Numbered from the whole stretch's first letter, positions 24,455 through 36,652 are shown. The stretch is DNA of 63,360 nt, filler included, from Octopus bimaculoides (GCF_001194135.2; 4 parts of 3 records of this genome joined end to end with filler, not necessarily neighbours in it); one strand, 5' to 3'. Notes: a model not told the origin generated them from the letters alone. Numbers and translations are program-made.

Positions 24455-24702
24455 ACCCAACTGAGGGAAAAAAAAAACAGGTAAGATCCAAGCTATATAT
24501 ATTTCTTAGCTAGCTGATTGTCTGGTGTAATATTTAGCTAACGAGGGAAACTCAGCTGAGCTATTCATCAAGCATAGGATACCTCAGCCTGATGAATAAA
24601 TTAGCTGAGTTCCCCTCGTTGAGTAAGTAATACATCAGAGAATCAGCTACCTAAGAAACATATGTTGCCCTGATTTTACCCTTTCCATTCCCTCAACTTA
24701 GG
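24455..24702. mobile_element. Degenerate foldback element (~250 bp palindrome)
   Basis: aacgagggaaactcagct / agctgagttcccctcgtt and tttcttagctagctgattgtctggtgta / tacatcagagaatcagctacctaagaaa are symmetric about ~24580. Confidence 0.8.
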
Positions 24703-25714
24703 TATGTGATACATATATATATATCTACGGCCAGCTTCTTTTAGTTTCCGTCCACGAAGCTGNNNNNNNNNNNNNNNNNNNNNNNNNNNNNNNNNNNNNN
24801 NNNNNNNNNNNNNNNNNNNNNNNNNNNNNNNNNNNNNNNNNNNNNNNNNNNNNNNNNNNNNNNNNNNNNNNNNNNNNNNNNNNNNNNNNNNNNNNNNNNN
24901 NNNNNNNNNNNNNNNNNNNNNNNNNNNNNNNNNNNNNNNNNNNNNNNNNNNNNNNNNNNNNNNNNNNNNNNNNNNNNNNNNNNNNNNNNNNNNNNNNNNN
25001 NNNNNNNNNNNNNNNNNNNNNNNNNNNNNNNNNNNNNNNNNNNNNNNNNNNNNNNNNNNNNNNNNNNNNNNNNNNNNNNNNNNNNNNNNNNNNNNNNNNN
25101 NNNNNNNNNNNNNNNNNNNNNNNNNNNNNNNNNNNNNNNNNNNNNNNNNNNNNNNNNNNNNNNNNNNNNNNNNNNNNNNNNNNNNNNNNNNNNNNNNNNN
25201 NNNNNNNNNNNNNNNNNNNNNNNNNNNNNNNNNNNNNNNNNNNNNNATATATATACATATATATATATCTACGGCCAGCTTCTTTTAGTTTCCGTCCACG
25301 AAGCTGCAAATATTTGTGCAAGAAAGACTTGAAATTAAAAATGAGTTTGATTTGTCGCAGAGTTGTTTGACACGTTTTTCAGGGTTGTTTAGTGGTTTGA
25401 GTTCAAACAATTAAAATTTTTAAGAATGTCTTGATAAATGTCAGAGGAAAAAATATACACAAAGAAAATTAAAATAACGACAAGGAAAAATAAAAGAAAG
25501 AAAGAGTAGAAAAGAAAAGAAGGGACTAATGAGGAGAGTATATAAAAGGGATGGAGACATACAGAAATACCAAAATTTAGAATAAGCAGAAAACGACGAG
25601 AGAGGATAAAGAAGAAGAAATAAACGAAGAGATGTTCGAAAAGGGGGATAAATGTAGAAGTAGATGAAGAGAAGAATGTGGAAAATAGGGGGAAAACTAA
25701 GAAAGCACATACAT

Positions 25715-25744
<30 letters not shown>

Positions 25745-25749
<5 letters not shown>

Positions 25750-26700
25750 TCATGGTGTATTCATGTCGTTGACGAATCATGGCTTGTTCCTCCTCCATTT
25801 ATTTCTGTCTCTCGCAACATCATCCAGGTCTTTTTCGCCCTGCGCGTTCAATCTCTCCTTCATCCAGTTTTGAACATCTTCATCCTCTGCCTTCCTCTCG
25901 CTCTCCCTCCCACCAGCTCAGTCTCCACCATGTAATGCTCCATTCCGTCATCTTTTCCGAGAAAATGACCAGCAAATCTTCACGGTGGATGCGATAAACA
26001 TAACAGAGATAGGCTTGCCTTGCGTGGAATGTTCTCAGATTGCCCTGTCCTCAGATCGACGCCCAAACACTCTGTAATATTCGTATTAGAGCTTCCGGCG
26101 CGTATGTCAAGCTGTACAGAATATCGTTTCGAAATTTCCGACAGAGTGAATTGCATCATGGTGCTGTTTTTCTCACAACCGGTGCCCAAAGGTCTCTAGT
26201 ATGCTGTGTAGTCGACAAAATCCAAAACAAACAATGCTTATGTGCGAAATTAAATGTGAGAAATGGCGACAGTTTACCAATCGCTCCCTGTATGTGTGTT
26301 TCTGTGGTGTATGTGTGTATGTGTGTGTGTGTGTATGTTAATAACACCTTGAAGGAGGTACCTTTTCCATTCACCAAAATGGAGCTTTGGCCACGAAGAA
26401 CTGATGTTATCAGAAGGTATCTAACGTTCGTCGGGTGTTTCAACCCTGAACCGTAGACACTCTCCCGTTGGTGGGTCAGTAGAGGTGGCCAACTCACTGC
26501 TCTTCATCTGCTCCTGGCGTCCAGCTTAACTTGTCTCTCTCTCTTGATCTGATGCCAATAAGTGCTTCCTCTTCCAGCTGCCCTTCCCACCGTGCTCACA
26601 GCCACCCTTCGCTCCTCACCTCTCATTCCAATAGCTGTAAGCATCCTCCATGCCGGCTGAGCAGGGAATCCCTTACACCCAAAACACGCATATATAAGAA
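25745..26700 (-). mobile_element. Decayed RTE-clade LINE (RT C-terminal half to 3' end) with (GA)n tail
   Basis: Minus: RFAGHFLGKDDGMEHYMVETELVGGRARGRQRMKM, then by frameshift WMKERLNAQGEKDLDDVARDRNKWRR; upstream VRYL and LIGIRSRERDK remnants; ends ...catgacacaa(ga)n. Confidence 0.75.
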
Positions 26701-26799
26701 TATGGATTCCTATACACATTTGAAGTGCTTTATCTCTTACCAGCGAGTAACTTTTTCATGTTGCCCCTATCCCGCACATACGCTTTCTCTTTTTCTCCC

Positions 26800-27582
26800 T
26801 CTCTTTTTCTCTCACTCTCTATCTCTTTCTCTCTCTCTCTCTTTTTCTCTCTCTATCCACCACAACCACCACAAACACAACCGCTGCCGCCGCCGCCGTC
26901 GCGACCACCACCACCACCACCACCACCACCACCACCACCACCACCACCACCACCACCACATTCAAACGATTCCTACCTTACCTTCCTTATCTGCTATTCC
27001 ATAATCCCCTTTTTAAAATTACTTCCAAAAGCCCTAATTTCAGCATCGAATGCCCCCCCCCCTGGTTCAAATTCGATCCCGTAACCCCTACATTGCTTCC
27101 CAGAATCTACTTCATCCATCTCCAACATCATCATCTTCATGTCATCATCGTCTTTTCATCATTTTGCATTCCTATTTATTTCTTCCGCTTTTCACATCTC
27201 GATTTCTTTTTTATTGTTCTAATTGTTGTTGTTGTTGTGGTGGTGGTGGTCGTCGTCATGGTTGCGGTGGCTCTTCTTCATCATCATCATCATCATCATC
27301 ATCATCGTCATCGTCGACGTCGTCGTTATCATCGTCATCATCGTTGTCATCACCATCATCACCGTCATCATCATCATCAACATCATCGTCATCGTCACGA
27401 TCATAATCATCGTCATCATCATCATCATCATCGTCGTCATCTTCCTCTTGTTCTTGTTCTTGTTCTTCTTCTTGCAGTTGCCATCGTTTTCTACTTGTCT
27501 CTACTGTTGTTGTTATTGTTACATTATTATTGTTTTTATTATTATTATTATTGCCATTATTATTATTATTATTATTATTATT

Positions 27583-27618
<36 letters not shown>

Positions 27619-27637
27619 GATATTATTATTGCTATTA

Positions 27638-27671
<34 letters not shown>

Positions 27672-27731
27672 CATTATTTTTATTTTTATTTTGTATTATT
27701 ATTATTATTATTGATATTATTATTGCTATTA

Positions 27732-27799
<68 letters not shown>

Positions 27800-27800
27800 C
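26800..27800. repeat. Compound microsatellites (CT, CCA, CAT, TTA)
   Basis: Direct reading. Confidence 0.95.
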
Positions 27801-27844
27801 GTGCGTTTTCCTTCCTTCTCCATCCTCCACTTTCTCTCCAACAT

Positions 27845-27944
27845 NNNNNNNNNNNNNNNNNNNNNNNNNNNNNNNNNNNNNNNNNNNNTTAATTAATTAA
27901 NNNNNNNNNNNNNNNNNNNNNNNNNNNNNNNNNNNNNNNNNNNN
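27845..27944. other. Synthetic 100-bp scaffold spacer N44-TTAATTAATTAA-N44
   Basis: Same geometry as 18868-18967. Confidence 0.9.
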
Positions 27945-28000
<56 letters not shown>

Positions 28001-28422
28001 CAGAGAGACAGGAGAATTAAAGGTGGGGGGAGAAAAAATGACAGGGACACAGTGAAATGAAAAGAGGAGGGAAAGTGAGCATGAAGAGAAGGCAAGGAAA
28101 TGTGAGAGAGGGGGACCGAAAGAACGAAGACTGGAATGAACGAAGTAAGCGTGAAAGGGCTGATAGAAAGAAAGAAAGAATATATACACGATCTTGGTTA
28201 TTAATTCAATAGTACTTCAGCGTATATTTGGCTAATAGGGTACTCAGAAGGAATAACAGTGATATCTCCTAACTATCAATCAGTCGATAGAAAAGCCAAT
28301 GAAATATTAACTAGATAAATGATATTACGTAGAGTGCCGGACCAAATGTTTGGTCACCAAAAGTAACCCGGATTTCTAGATTTCCCGGTTGCCTGGCGAG
28401 TGTCAGAATATATACTTCAATA

Positions 28423-28586
28423 GGCGCAGGTGTGGCTGTGTAGTAGAAAGCTTGCTTTCTAACCACATGGTTCCGGGTTCAGCCTCACTGCGTGGCACCT
28501 TGTGCAAGTGTCTTCTACTATAGCCTCGGGCTGATCAAACTCTTGTGAATGGATTTGCTAGACGGAATTTGAAAGAAGTCTGTCGT
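28423..28586 (+). mobile_element. SINE-B head (ends in (TA)n)
   Basis: ggcgcaggtgtggctgtgtagtagaaagcttgc...ggttccgggttcagcctcactgcgtggcaccttgtgcaagtg. Confidence 0.9.
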
Positions 28587-28639
28587 ATATATATATATTA
28601 CACATTCTTTATTTTCTCTTCTTGTTTCTTTCTGTGTTC

Positions 28640-28675
28640 CTTTCTGTTGAAGAGCGTAGGCTCGAAACGTTAAAG
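28640..28675 (+). ncRNA. Minimal type-I hammerhead ribozyme (Penelope pLTR-type) with atypical core
   Basis: CTTT-CTGTTGA-A-GAGC GTAG GCTC-GAAA-C-GTT-AAAG: 4-bp stem I, perfect 4-bp stem II, palindromic AACGTT in place of stem III, predicted cut after 28671; A6 is T. Confidence 0.6.
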
Positions 28676-29843
28676 ACTTTCTCAATTCCCGAGCGTTAAG
28701 TTAATACATCTGTTTGTTGTCTGCACTACCTGTTTTCGTCTTTTGTTTTTTTTTGTGAATTCTCCCTATATATATATATATAATAGCCACCCTGTTTTTC
28801 CGTTTTTAAAGGTCAAGAATCAACTTGTCATTGAAAGAACTGACCAGCTGTAAACACAATTNNNNNNNNNNNNNNNNNNNNNNNNNNNNNNNNNNNNNNN
28901 NNNNNNNNNNNNNNNNNNNNNNNNNNNNNNNNNNNNNNNNNNNNNNNNNNNNNNNNNNNNNNNNNNNNNNNNNNNNNNNNNNNNNNNNNNNNNNNNNNNN
29001 NNNNNNNNNNNNNNNNNNNNNNNNNNNNNNNNNNNNNNNNNNNNNNNNNNNNNNNNNNNNNNNNNNNNNNNNNNNNNNNNNNNNNNNNNNNNNNNNNNNN
29101 NNNNNNNNNNNNNNNNNNNNNNNNNNNNNNNNNNNNNNNNNNNNNNNNNNNNNNNNNNNNNNNNNNNNNNNNNNNNNNNNNNNNNNNNNNNNNNNNNNNN
29201 NNNNNNNNNNNNNNNNNNNNNNNNNNNNNNNNNNNNNNNNNNNNNNNNNNNNNNNNNNNNNNNNNNNNNNNNNNNNNNNNNNNNNNNNNNNNNNNNNNNN
29301 NNNNNNNNNNNNNNNNNNNNNNNNNNNNNNNNNNNNNNNNNNNNNNNNNNNNNNNNNNNNNNNNNNNNNNNNNNNNNNNNNNNNNNNNNNNNNNNNNNNN
29401 NNNNNNNNNNNNNNNNNNNNNNNNNNNNNNNNNNNNNNNNNNNNNNNNNNNNNNNNNNNNNNNNNNNNNNNNNNNNNNNNNNNNNNNNNNNNNNNNNNNN
29501 NNNNNNNNNNNNNNNNNNNNNNNNNNNNNNNNNNNNNNNNNNNNNNNNNNNNNNNNNNNNNNNNNNNNNNNNNNNNNNNNNNNNNNNNNNNNNNNNNNNT
29601 GATATTTATTAATCCACTGAAAATTCTTAAATATATCATACAATATCAAGTATAGAGTGTAATGTTTATAGGATGAAAATTAAACGAAGTAAACAACGTT
29701 TTTATTTAACAGATACTGGCACAAATGAATAAACTTCTAAAGTAGGGAATATTTAATCCTTATAAATCCACTTAGAAAAATAAAGAACACAACAGAGTCT
29801 GTTTACTCAATACAGGGTATAGGATATTGTGCACTATTATACA

Positions 29844-30168
29844 GTGAAAGCGCGTGGCTTAATGGTTATGGGTATTCGGCTCGCGAGCGTAAGGTCGGGA
29901 GTTCTATTCCCGGCTGCGCGTTGTGTTCTGGAGCAAGACGCTTTATTTCACATTACTCCAGTCCACTCAGCTGTCAAAGAGGAGTAGTTCCTGTATTTGA
30001 AATGAACCAGCCTTGTCACATTCTGTGACTAGCTGAATCTCTCTGAGAACTACGTTAAGGGTACACATGTCTGTGGAGTGCTCAGCCGCATGCACGTTAA
30101 TTTCACGAGTAGGCTGTTTCGCTGATCGGATCAACTGGAATCCTCGTCGTTGTAACCGACGGAGTGTC
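29844..30168 (+). mobile_element. SINE-C, tail type i
   Basis: tRNA-like head gcgcgtggcttaatggtta...gagttctattccc; CORE-like gagcaagacgctttatttcac; tail gatcggatcaactggaatcctcgtcgttgtaaccgacggagtg. Confidence 0.9.
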
Positions 30169-30464
30169 AATTATTACACAGTACTCCTAAATTTCTGGAA
30201 GCTGTGTAAGCGGCCGTTTCTATACTCTGTAAATCTAACAATAAATGGAAAAAAAAAAATCTATCATCATGGAAATTCCTCAAATCTATGTCATGGATAT
30301 TCCTCAAAAAATGGTCTTTGCTATGGACGTCCTTCTCTTAAGCTTCATTATTCCCCATGCCCATTAACTTGCGAGACAGTAGTTTGTAATTGGTGAGACA
30401 TTGGCCGCTATTTCTGGTAGTTAGAATGACACAGGGTTCGACTTTTTAAAATTTGCTATTTGCA

Positions 30465-30628
30465 GGCGCAGACGTGGGTGTGTGGTTAGAATTTTGTTTC
30501 TCAGCCATGTGCCGCTGGGTTCAATCCCCCACTGTGTGATAGGTTAGGCAAGTGCCTACTACTATAGCCCAGGGGTGACCAAAACCTCGTCACTGGATAT
30601 GGTAGACGGAAACTGAAAGAAGCCCATC

Positions 30629-30670
<42 letters not shown>

Positions 30671-31085
30671 GTAGCTCAAATTCTGCATTATTTTGAACGA
30701 ACTTTTAGCCTTTTGTATTAATACAGATATGTAAGTAATTTATTTATTATCGAATATAAATTATTTGCATGTTTTTCAGTTACGAAGCAATTTGTCATGA
30801 TATACGGGAGTTTCTAATTTTTAAATAAAAGTTCATCGTGACACTTCTCTGTCATTTATGACTTTATATATATATGTTTGTGTGTATGTGTGTGTGAGTG
30901 TGTGTGTGTCTTTGTATTGGTGTGTTTACGTCTCATAATTTAGCAGTTCGACAAAAGAAAACAACAGAATAAGTATCAGGCTTAAGGTAAGTACTACGTC
31001 GATTTGTTCGACTAAGCCTGCCAAGGTGGTTCCCCAACATGGCCTCAGTCCAAAGACTGAAACAGGCACACGATAAAAGATAGAA
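30465..31085 (+). mobile_element. SINE-B, full length
   Basis: Head, (TA)n/(TG)n-rich middle, tail gtggttccccaacatggcctcagtccaaagactgaaac. Confidence 0.8.
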
Positions 31086-31518
31086 AATATCACATTCTCT
31101 ACATTTTTTGCCACAGTCTGTCAGTTTTCTACTCAATCAGTTTCCAAAGAAATTAATTAATAATTGCACGGTCTTTTAACATTAGTCTTTTAACATTAGT
31201 CTTTAACACCGACTGTTTTACCGCTTTTACATTTACTTAACTCACATTCTCATTAATATAGATTTTACCACCTGCTCATAAAACATAATTGTTCAGCAAA
31301 GGTTTCTTTAAAATACATTTTACAAGCTCCCATACATATATTTGCTCAAATTAAGCTTAATACTTCTCTCCATAAAATATTTACTACATTTCTGTAAAAC
31401 ACGTCTGATTACAAAGATTTATAAAAATATTTTTCATGTAACGATCTGATTAGCACAGATTACACTGAAAGCTTTTTTTTTGCTCTATGTTCTAGTGGCA
31501 CATATATTTTTAGTGTTT

Positions 31519-31910
31519 CTTTTATCTTTCGCCTGTTTCTGTCATATGACTGCGGCCATGCTAGGGCACCACCTTGAAGGGCTAAACTTTTCTTTTTAAA
31601 CCTGGAACTTGTTCTACCTGCCTCTTTGCCAAACCGCTAAGTTACGGGTACGTAAACAAACCAGCACCAGTTGTCAAGCGGTGATGGAGGATAAGCACGC
31701 GCGCTCGCGCGCGCACACACACATACACACACACACACATATATATATATGATGGGCTTTCAGTTTCCGTCAACCAAATCCATTCACAAGACTTTAGTCG
31801 GCCCGAGGTTGTAGTAGAAGACACTTGCCCAAGGTGCCAAGTTGTAGAACTGAACCTGGAACTATGTTGTTGGGAAGCAAGTTACGTCCCACACAACCAC
31901 TCCTGCGCTT
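31519..31910 (-). mobile_element. SINE-B, full length with internal deletion
   Basis: gtcatatgactgcggccatgctagggcaccacc...gacacttgcccaaggtgcc...ccacacaaccactcctgcgc. Confidence 0.9.
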
Positions 31911-32407
31911 ATATATGTTTCAATAAAATGAACTACGTAGCTGTTACAGATTTCTTTAGAAGCAGTCACATCAATTCGGATGTCTTTCTAAAGGGCACAA
32001 GCGCATTACATTTCGCGTATCTATCATCTACTCAGTTTATCGTCCATTCCCAGGTTCATTCGATCAATGGATCCTATCCTACATTACAAACAATCAATGG
32101 ATCCTGTATTACTACACTATGAAATATGTGGTGTTTTTTTTATTTAATCTTGTGTCATCTTACTGACCACCATATACATACATACATACCATACATACAT
32201 ACATAAACACATACACACATGTTATAATTAAAGTATAGATTCGAAATGTAAAATTAAGCAACCAAGCTATATTTTAGGTATGTCTTTAGTAGCGTGCCGG
32301 CAGAGAAGGTTCACTTCTTATGGCTATCTGGTGTAAATGTACATTCGTCGCTGGATCTACGTTAGGAATTCCTTGATTCACGTTGAGTATTGTAGAAATA
32401 ATTGATA

Positions 32408-32832
32408 CGGAAGATAGAATATACTGGAAATGAATGCAGCGATCGTTTCAGCACATTTTGCACCGCTCCCTGATGATGGGAACAAAATAACGAATCCAAA
32501 AACATCCCACAGTACAGAAGTGCTTCTTCAGGTTACATAATACGGTTTCAAGTTACATAAATTACATTTCGCTCGTAGGTTTAGCTAGATCATGTTGATA
32601 GTAGTCGCGCCTTAAATGCATCGATGACTACTAGAAACATGATCTAGCTAAGCCTGTGACCGAAATGTCACTTATGTAACTTGAAACCGTATTTCGTCAC
32701 CTGGAGCAGCGCCTCTGCACTGTGTGATACATTTGGATTCATTATATAGTTCCCTATCCACGAGGGAGCGGTGCAGAATGTTCTGAAATGATCGTTGTGA
32801 TAAATAAAATTTCTAGTATACTCTATCTTCCA
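32408..32832. mobile_element. Whole-length palindromic foldback element flanked by TA dinucleotides
   Basis: TA|cggaagatagaatatactggaaat ... atttctagtatactctatcttcca|TA; inner arms tacggtttcaagttacataa / ttatgtaacttgaaaccgta and ttagctagatcatgtt / aacatgatctagctaa. Confidence 0.85.
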
Positions 32833-32847
32833 TAGCCATTGTTTCCA

Positions 32848-32906
<59 letters not shown>

Positions 32907-32913
<7 letters not shown>

Positions 32914-33121
32914 TATTGAAAAGTTCCTGGCTTTAAGGGGTATCACAAAAGGCCTGATTGGAGGCCCAACCTTCCGAGCTCTCTTACAGGCCTTAGAAAT
33001 AACTGAAGTACCGTTGCAATAAAAGCGTGAATCTGAGAGGAGAATATGCTGAATAAAATCATAATTAACTGATTCTCTTGGACTTTCTTTTACTCAAAAC
33101 TAGGAACTTTTCAGCATCCCT
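32907..33121 (+). mobile_element. Mariner-derived MITE
   Basis: TIRs cgaggggtattgaaaagttcctgg / ctaggaacttttcagcatccct; internal LKYRCNKSVNLRGEYAE-stop resembles the mariner transposase C-terminus. Confidence 0.85.
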
Positions 33122-33141
33122 GTGTGTGTGTGTATGTGTGA

Positions 33142-33189
<48 letters not shown>

Positions 33190-34041
33190 GCGTGTCTGTA
33201 TATGTATATATAATTATATGTAGTTTACTCTTCCGTTATATGTGGGATCAACAGGAAGAGTACTTTATCCAGTGAGAGATAAATATAATTTAACACAATT
33301 TAAAAAAGAACTACTAAGAGTTTTATGCTGTGGCAATACAGTAATTTGCAGATTTATATAACATGGCATGCGTCTCAAAGCAGTCTTTAAGGCTCAGTGA
33401 ATACCGTTAGATCTATTTGAAAACCAGGACGCTACTCTACGAAAAACATGAGAACAAACGGGAAGAAAAACGCGGAGAAGATTGATATTTATACATACAT
33501 GTATATATGTATGTGTGTGTATAAACAAATATATATGTATTATATATGTATGTATAAACAAAAATATAGACAACTCAACGGATGGATGACATCATCCATG
33601 GTCAACCATGACCGACGGAGGCCTAAAGGAAAATAAATATATATAAATTATATAAATTTATATATTAATACGTATGTATATATGTGTGAATGTGTGTGAG
33701 TTGGCGATTGTATGTATTTATATCTCATTTTAAAGTTTATTTCTACAGATTTTCCATAGATTTCAGAGCCAGCGCTGACAGTTACGTTGCGTATACGAAT
33801 ACACCAATGTAAACAATGTGATGAGGGATAGACAAAGACAGGTCATGAATGTATATGCATGTTTCAAGAGTTTTTGCTGTTTCATCAGCGACACATCCAA
33901 ACCACCAACTATCCACGAACGCATTGCTTAAATATCCATCAAGTTTAGCGGTGTAACCCTATTGGATTGACCAATTTACATATTAAACACATTCCAAATC
34001 AAGCAGATTAAAAAAACATTAAACACATCTGTCAATCTGTG

Positions 34042-34075
<34 letters not shown>

Positions 34076-34699
34076 CAATGAAACTTTGTCAGTGACAAAC
34101 TTTTCGACACCAAGTAAGTGTTTAAGTCCACTGTCTTTGGATATTTTGAATCGATACGTGCCTTCAACGCTGTATTTGTTTTAATTTCAACACGGCTTCA
34201 GATCAAATCACTTGCCGGTCAAATTCATCTCCGTAATATAGTGTGTCTGTGTGTGTATGTGCGTGTGTGTGTGTGTGTGTGTGTGCTCGCGCGTACGTGT
34301 ATTTGTGAACATGTGTTTGATAGACAATTCTCGAAACCATATTTATGTTAAACTGATCTAGTAAAGATTTCTAACTTAGTCACTGCACCAGATTAGTTGA
34401 ATGAATTGATTGATTTTTATTGGACAGACAGTGAAGAAATGAAAAGGAAAATTCGACACCAGCAGGTTTTGAACTCTGGACATCATGTGACATAATTAAA
34501 CACTCATTGCATTTTGTCTTACACTCTACCGTTTCAGCTATTCAACATCTTTGAATTGTTCCAATAAAAATGTTTTTCCACATTTTGATACGATTCCTCA
34601 AAACAATATTTACTAATCTGGCAGTTGCAAATCCTAAAAGCATTATTAACAATTAATACGAAGGATTAAGAACAAGGCTATGGCTGTCAACAGAGACAC

Positions 34700-35450
34700 G
34701 AAAAGACATAACATTCAATACTCAACAACTAAACTACACTAGAGATTCCATGTGGCGTAGGATTTGCTGGATTAACAAGTACTTAAGGTTTATGATAGAT
34801 GTTTTAATACCGAATTTGAATATTCTTTACTTGAACTACAAAGCATTTTATGACATTTTAAGTGTGTTCCCCTAATTTTACTGAGATAGAATTTAGCGGC
34901 ATTCCACAGCTTGCATAGAATTTTCCAATTTACAAACGTTGATTTTTACGATGGTATTGGAATAATATAACTCAAGAGATTAAATAAGGTCATCGAACTA
35001 GAAGTAAAATACGTTCAGAAATGTCATGTACGTTTAATTTCACGGTTTTATTCCTGTTCTACGGTTTTATTCCTGTTCTAAGAAGATAAGAGAACATAAA
35101 ATGTTACTCACAAAATAGAATATAATTTTACCACAAGATGGGAATGCGGAGATTGTGGCGACGGAATGACGCTGCTCCTCTTCAACTAAAAGACATTGTT
35201 TGCTAGATATTTGGCCATAAATTGTCGATAAAAGAAAGAAAACTAATTATAATAAGATTCTGTAGGGCAAATGCAATATCATCAAGAAATCAACTAAAGC
35301 GATTGATTATCGTAGAGGTCATGAAGTAGCAAGATTGAAGATGACCAGGTAGTAGGAGTTCGATGAATAAATGTAATAATATTGCAAGTGATCTTCACCT
35401 TTCTCAACCTTAAAGTCATCATGATGTTCGCTTGCACAGAAATCTTTATA
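34700..35450 (+). mobile_element. Highly decayed LINE RT remnant (RTE-like)
   Basis: Scattered motifs YLNYKAFYD (DxxKAFD-like), GIP, GDGMTLLLFN (QGDxLSPLLFN-like); many stops. Confidence 0.4.
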
Positions 35451-35984
35451 CCATGGATTTCTGATACAGAATATAAAAGAATGATATTTTATCTAAGTAC
35501 TAATATCAATTCACTTTTCCATTTACCACATTATTGTGGTTAACACAAAAACAAGGACCCTGCTAAACATTAAGATAATAAACATTGATTCCCAGTTCAA
35601 TAACTACGATACATCTATTGATCTGAAGCTGTGGAAACCGTTCTATATTTAATGTAGGTGAGAACGATAAACGGTTGGAATTGCTGTGATCTACCAAAGT
35701 AAAAAGGTCAGGAATTGACATTTCTTCTCTAGCATATGGTTTTGTCTCTAGGCGTGTTTACTGCAGTGGCTTTGCCAGAAAATATGCTTCATTCCACATG
35801 TTTAGAAGCAAAAAACATTCATTTGGGACAAATATTTACGATTCTTTGAATTATTGTTTTTTAATTTTTGATTATTAGAAGCTGTGAGAACGTAGGAAAC
35901 ATTTAATACATTCTTCATGTGTTGTTTCTGTTTTTGGGGGCGTTTGGAATTGTCGGGATGTTAATAATATCAAGGACAAACAGG

Positions 35985-36200
35985 CAGAGACTGGCAGAAT
36001 CGTTACACGCCGGGTAAAATGCTTAGCGGCATTTCGTCCATCTTTACGTTCTGAGTTCAAATTCCGCCGAGGTGAACTTTAACTTTCATTCTTTCGGAGT
36101 TGATAAAATAAGTACCAGTTGAGGGCTGGGGTCAGTGTAATCGACTTATCTATTCCCTTGAACTTGTTGGTCTTGTACCAAAATTTGAAATCAGTATTAT
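35985..36200 (+). mobile_element. SINE-A
   Basis: gagactggcagaatcgttacacgccgggtaaaatgcttagcgg...gagttcaaattccgccgagg. Confidence 0.9.
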
Positions 36201-36349
36201 CGATGACTGTTTGCTATTTTTGTCTGGGTCGTTACACAATGATGGTACTTGTTTCAAGTAGTTTTCTATAGCTATAATTTGATCTCTGAGTACATTCCAT
36301 TGCCTCATAGCCATTTGTTGCATCATTATCCAACAACTATAACAACACC

Positions 36350-36480
36350 AGCTTAGAACTGAAGGGCCGCTGCAATAAATGTGTGAATCTGAGAGGAGAA
36401 TATGTCGAAAAATATCATATGTAACTGATCCTCCTGTATTTTCTTCTACCCAAAGCCAGGAACTTTTCAACACCGCATCG
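36350..36480 (+). mobile_element. Mariner-derived MITE, 3' part
   Basis: KGRCNKCVNLRGEYVEK remnant and TIR aagccaggaacttttcaacaccgcatcg|TA; same family as 32907. Confidence 0.8.
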
Positions 36481-36618
36481 TATGTATAGATAATACATAA
36501 TAGATATTCCATATTGATGTAGACATATTGTATGTACATTAATATGGTATAAACATATTACAGAAACTGTAGTAAGCTCTCTCTCCCTCCTCCTCTCTCT
36601 CTCTATGCTTACACACAT

Positions 36619-36652
<34 letters not shown>

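Noticed and set aside
26578-26636. Perfect-looking 59-nt exon (strong acceptor, GTAAGC donor) and a second at 25918-26071
   Set aside because: They lie antisense within the decayed RTE; not reported as host CDS (kept only as exonisation candidates).
29844-29920. tRNA-like sequences with A and B boxes (heads of SINE-A to -D)
   Set aside because: Each continues into a repeated body and tail and lacks a proper acceptor stem; SINE heads, not tRNA genes.
33749-33808. Possible symmetric 60-nt exon FSIDFRASADSYVAYTNTP
   Set aside because: Short, weak donor, no recognisable homology; expected by chance in 63 kb.
35042-35079. Short tandem duplications (19 bp here; 14 bp at ~31170)
   Set aside because: Ordinary slippage events with no further structure.
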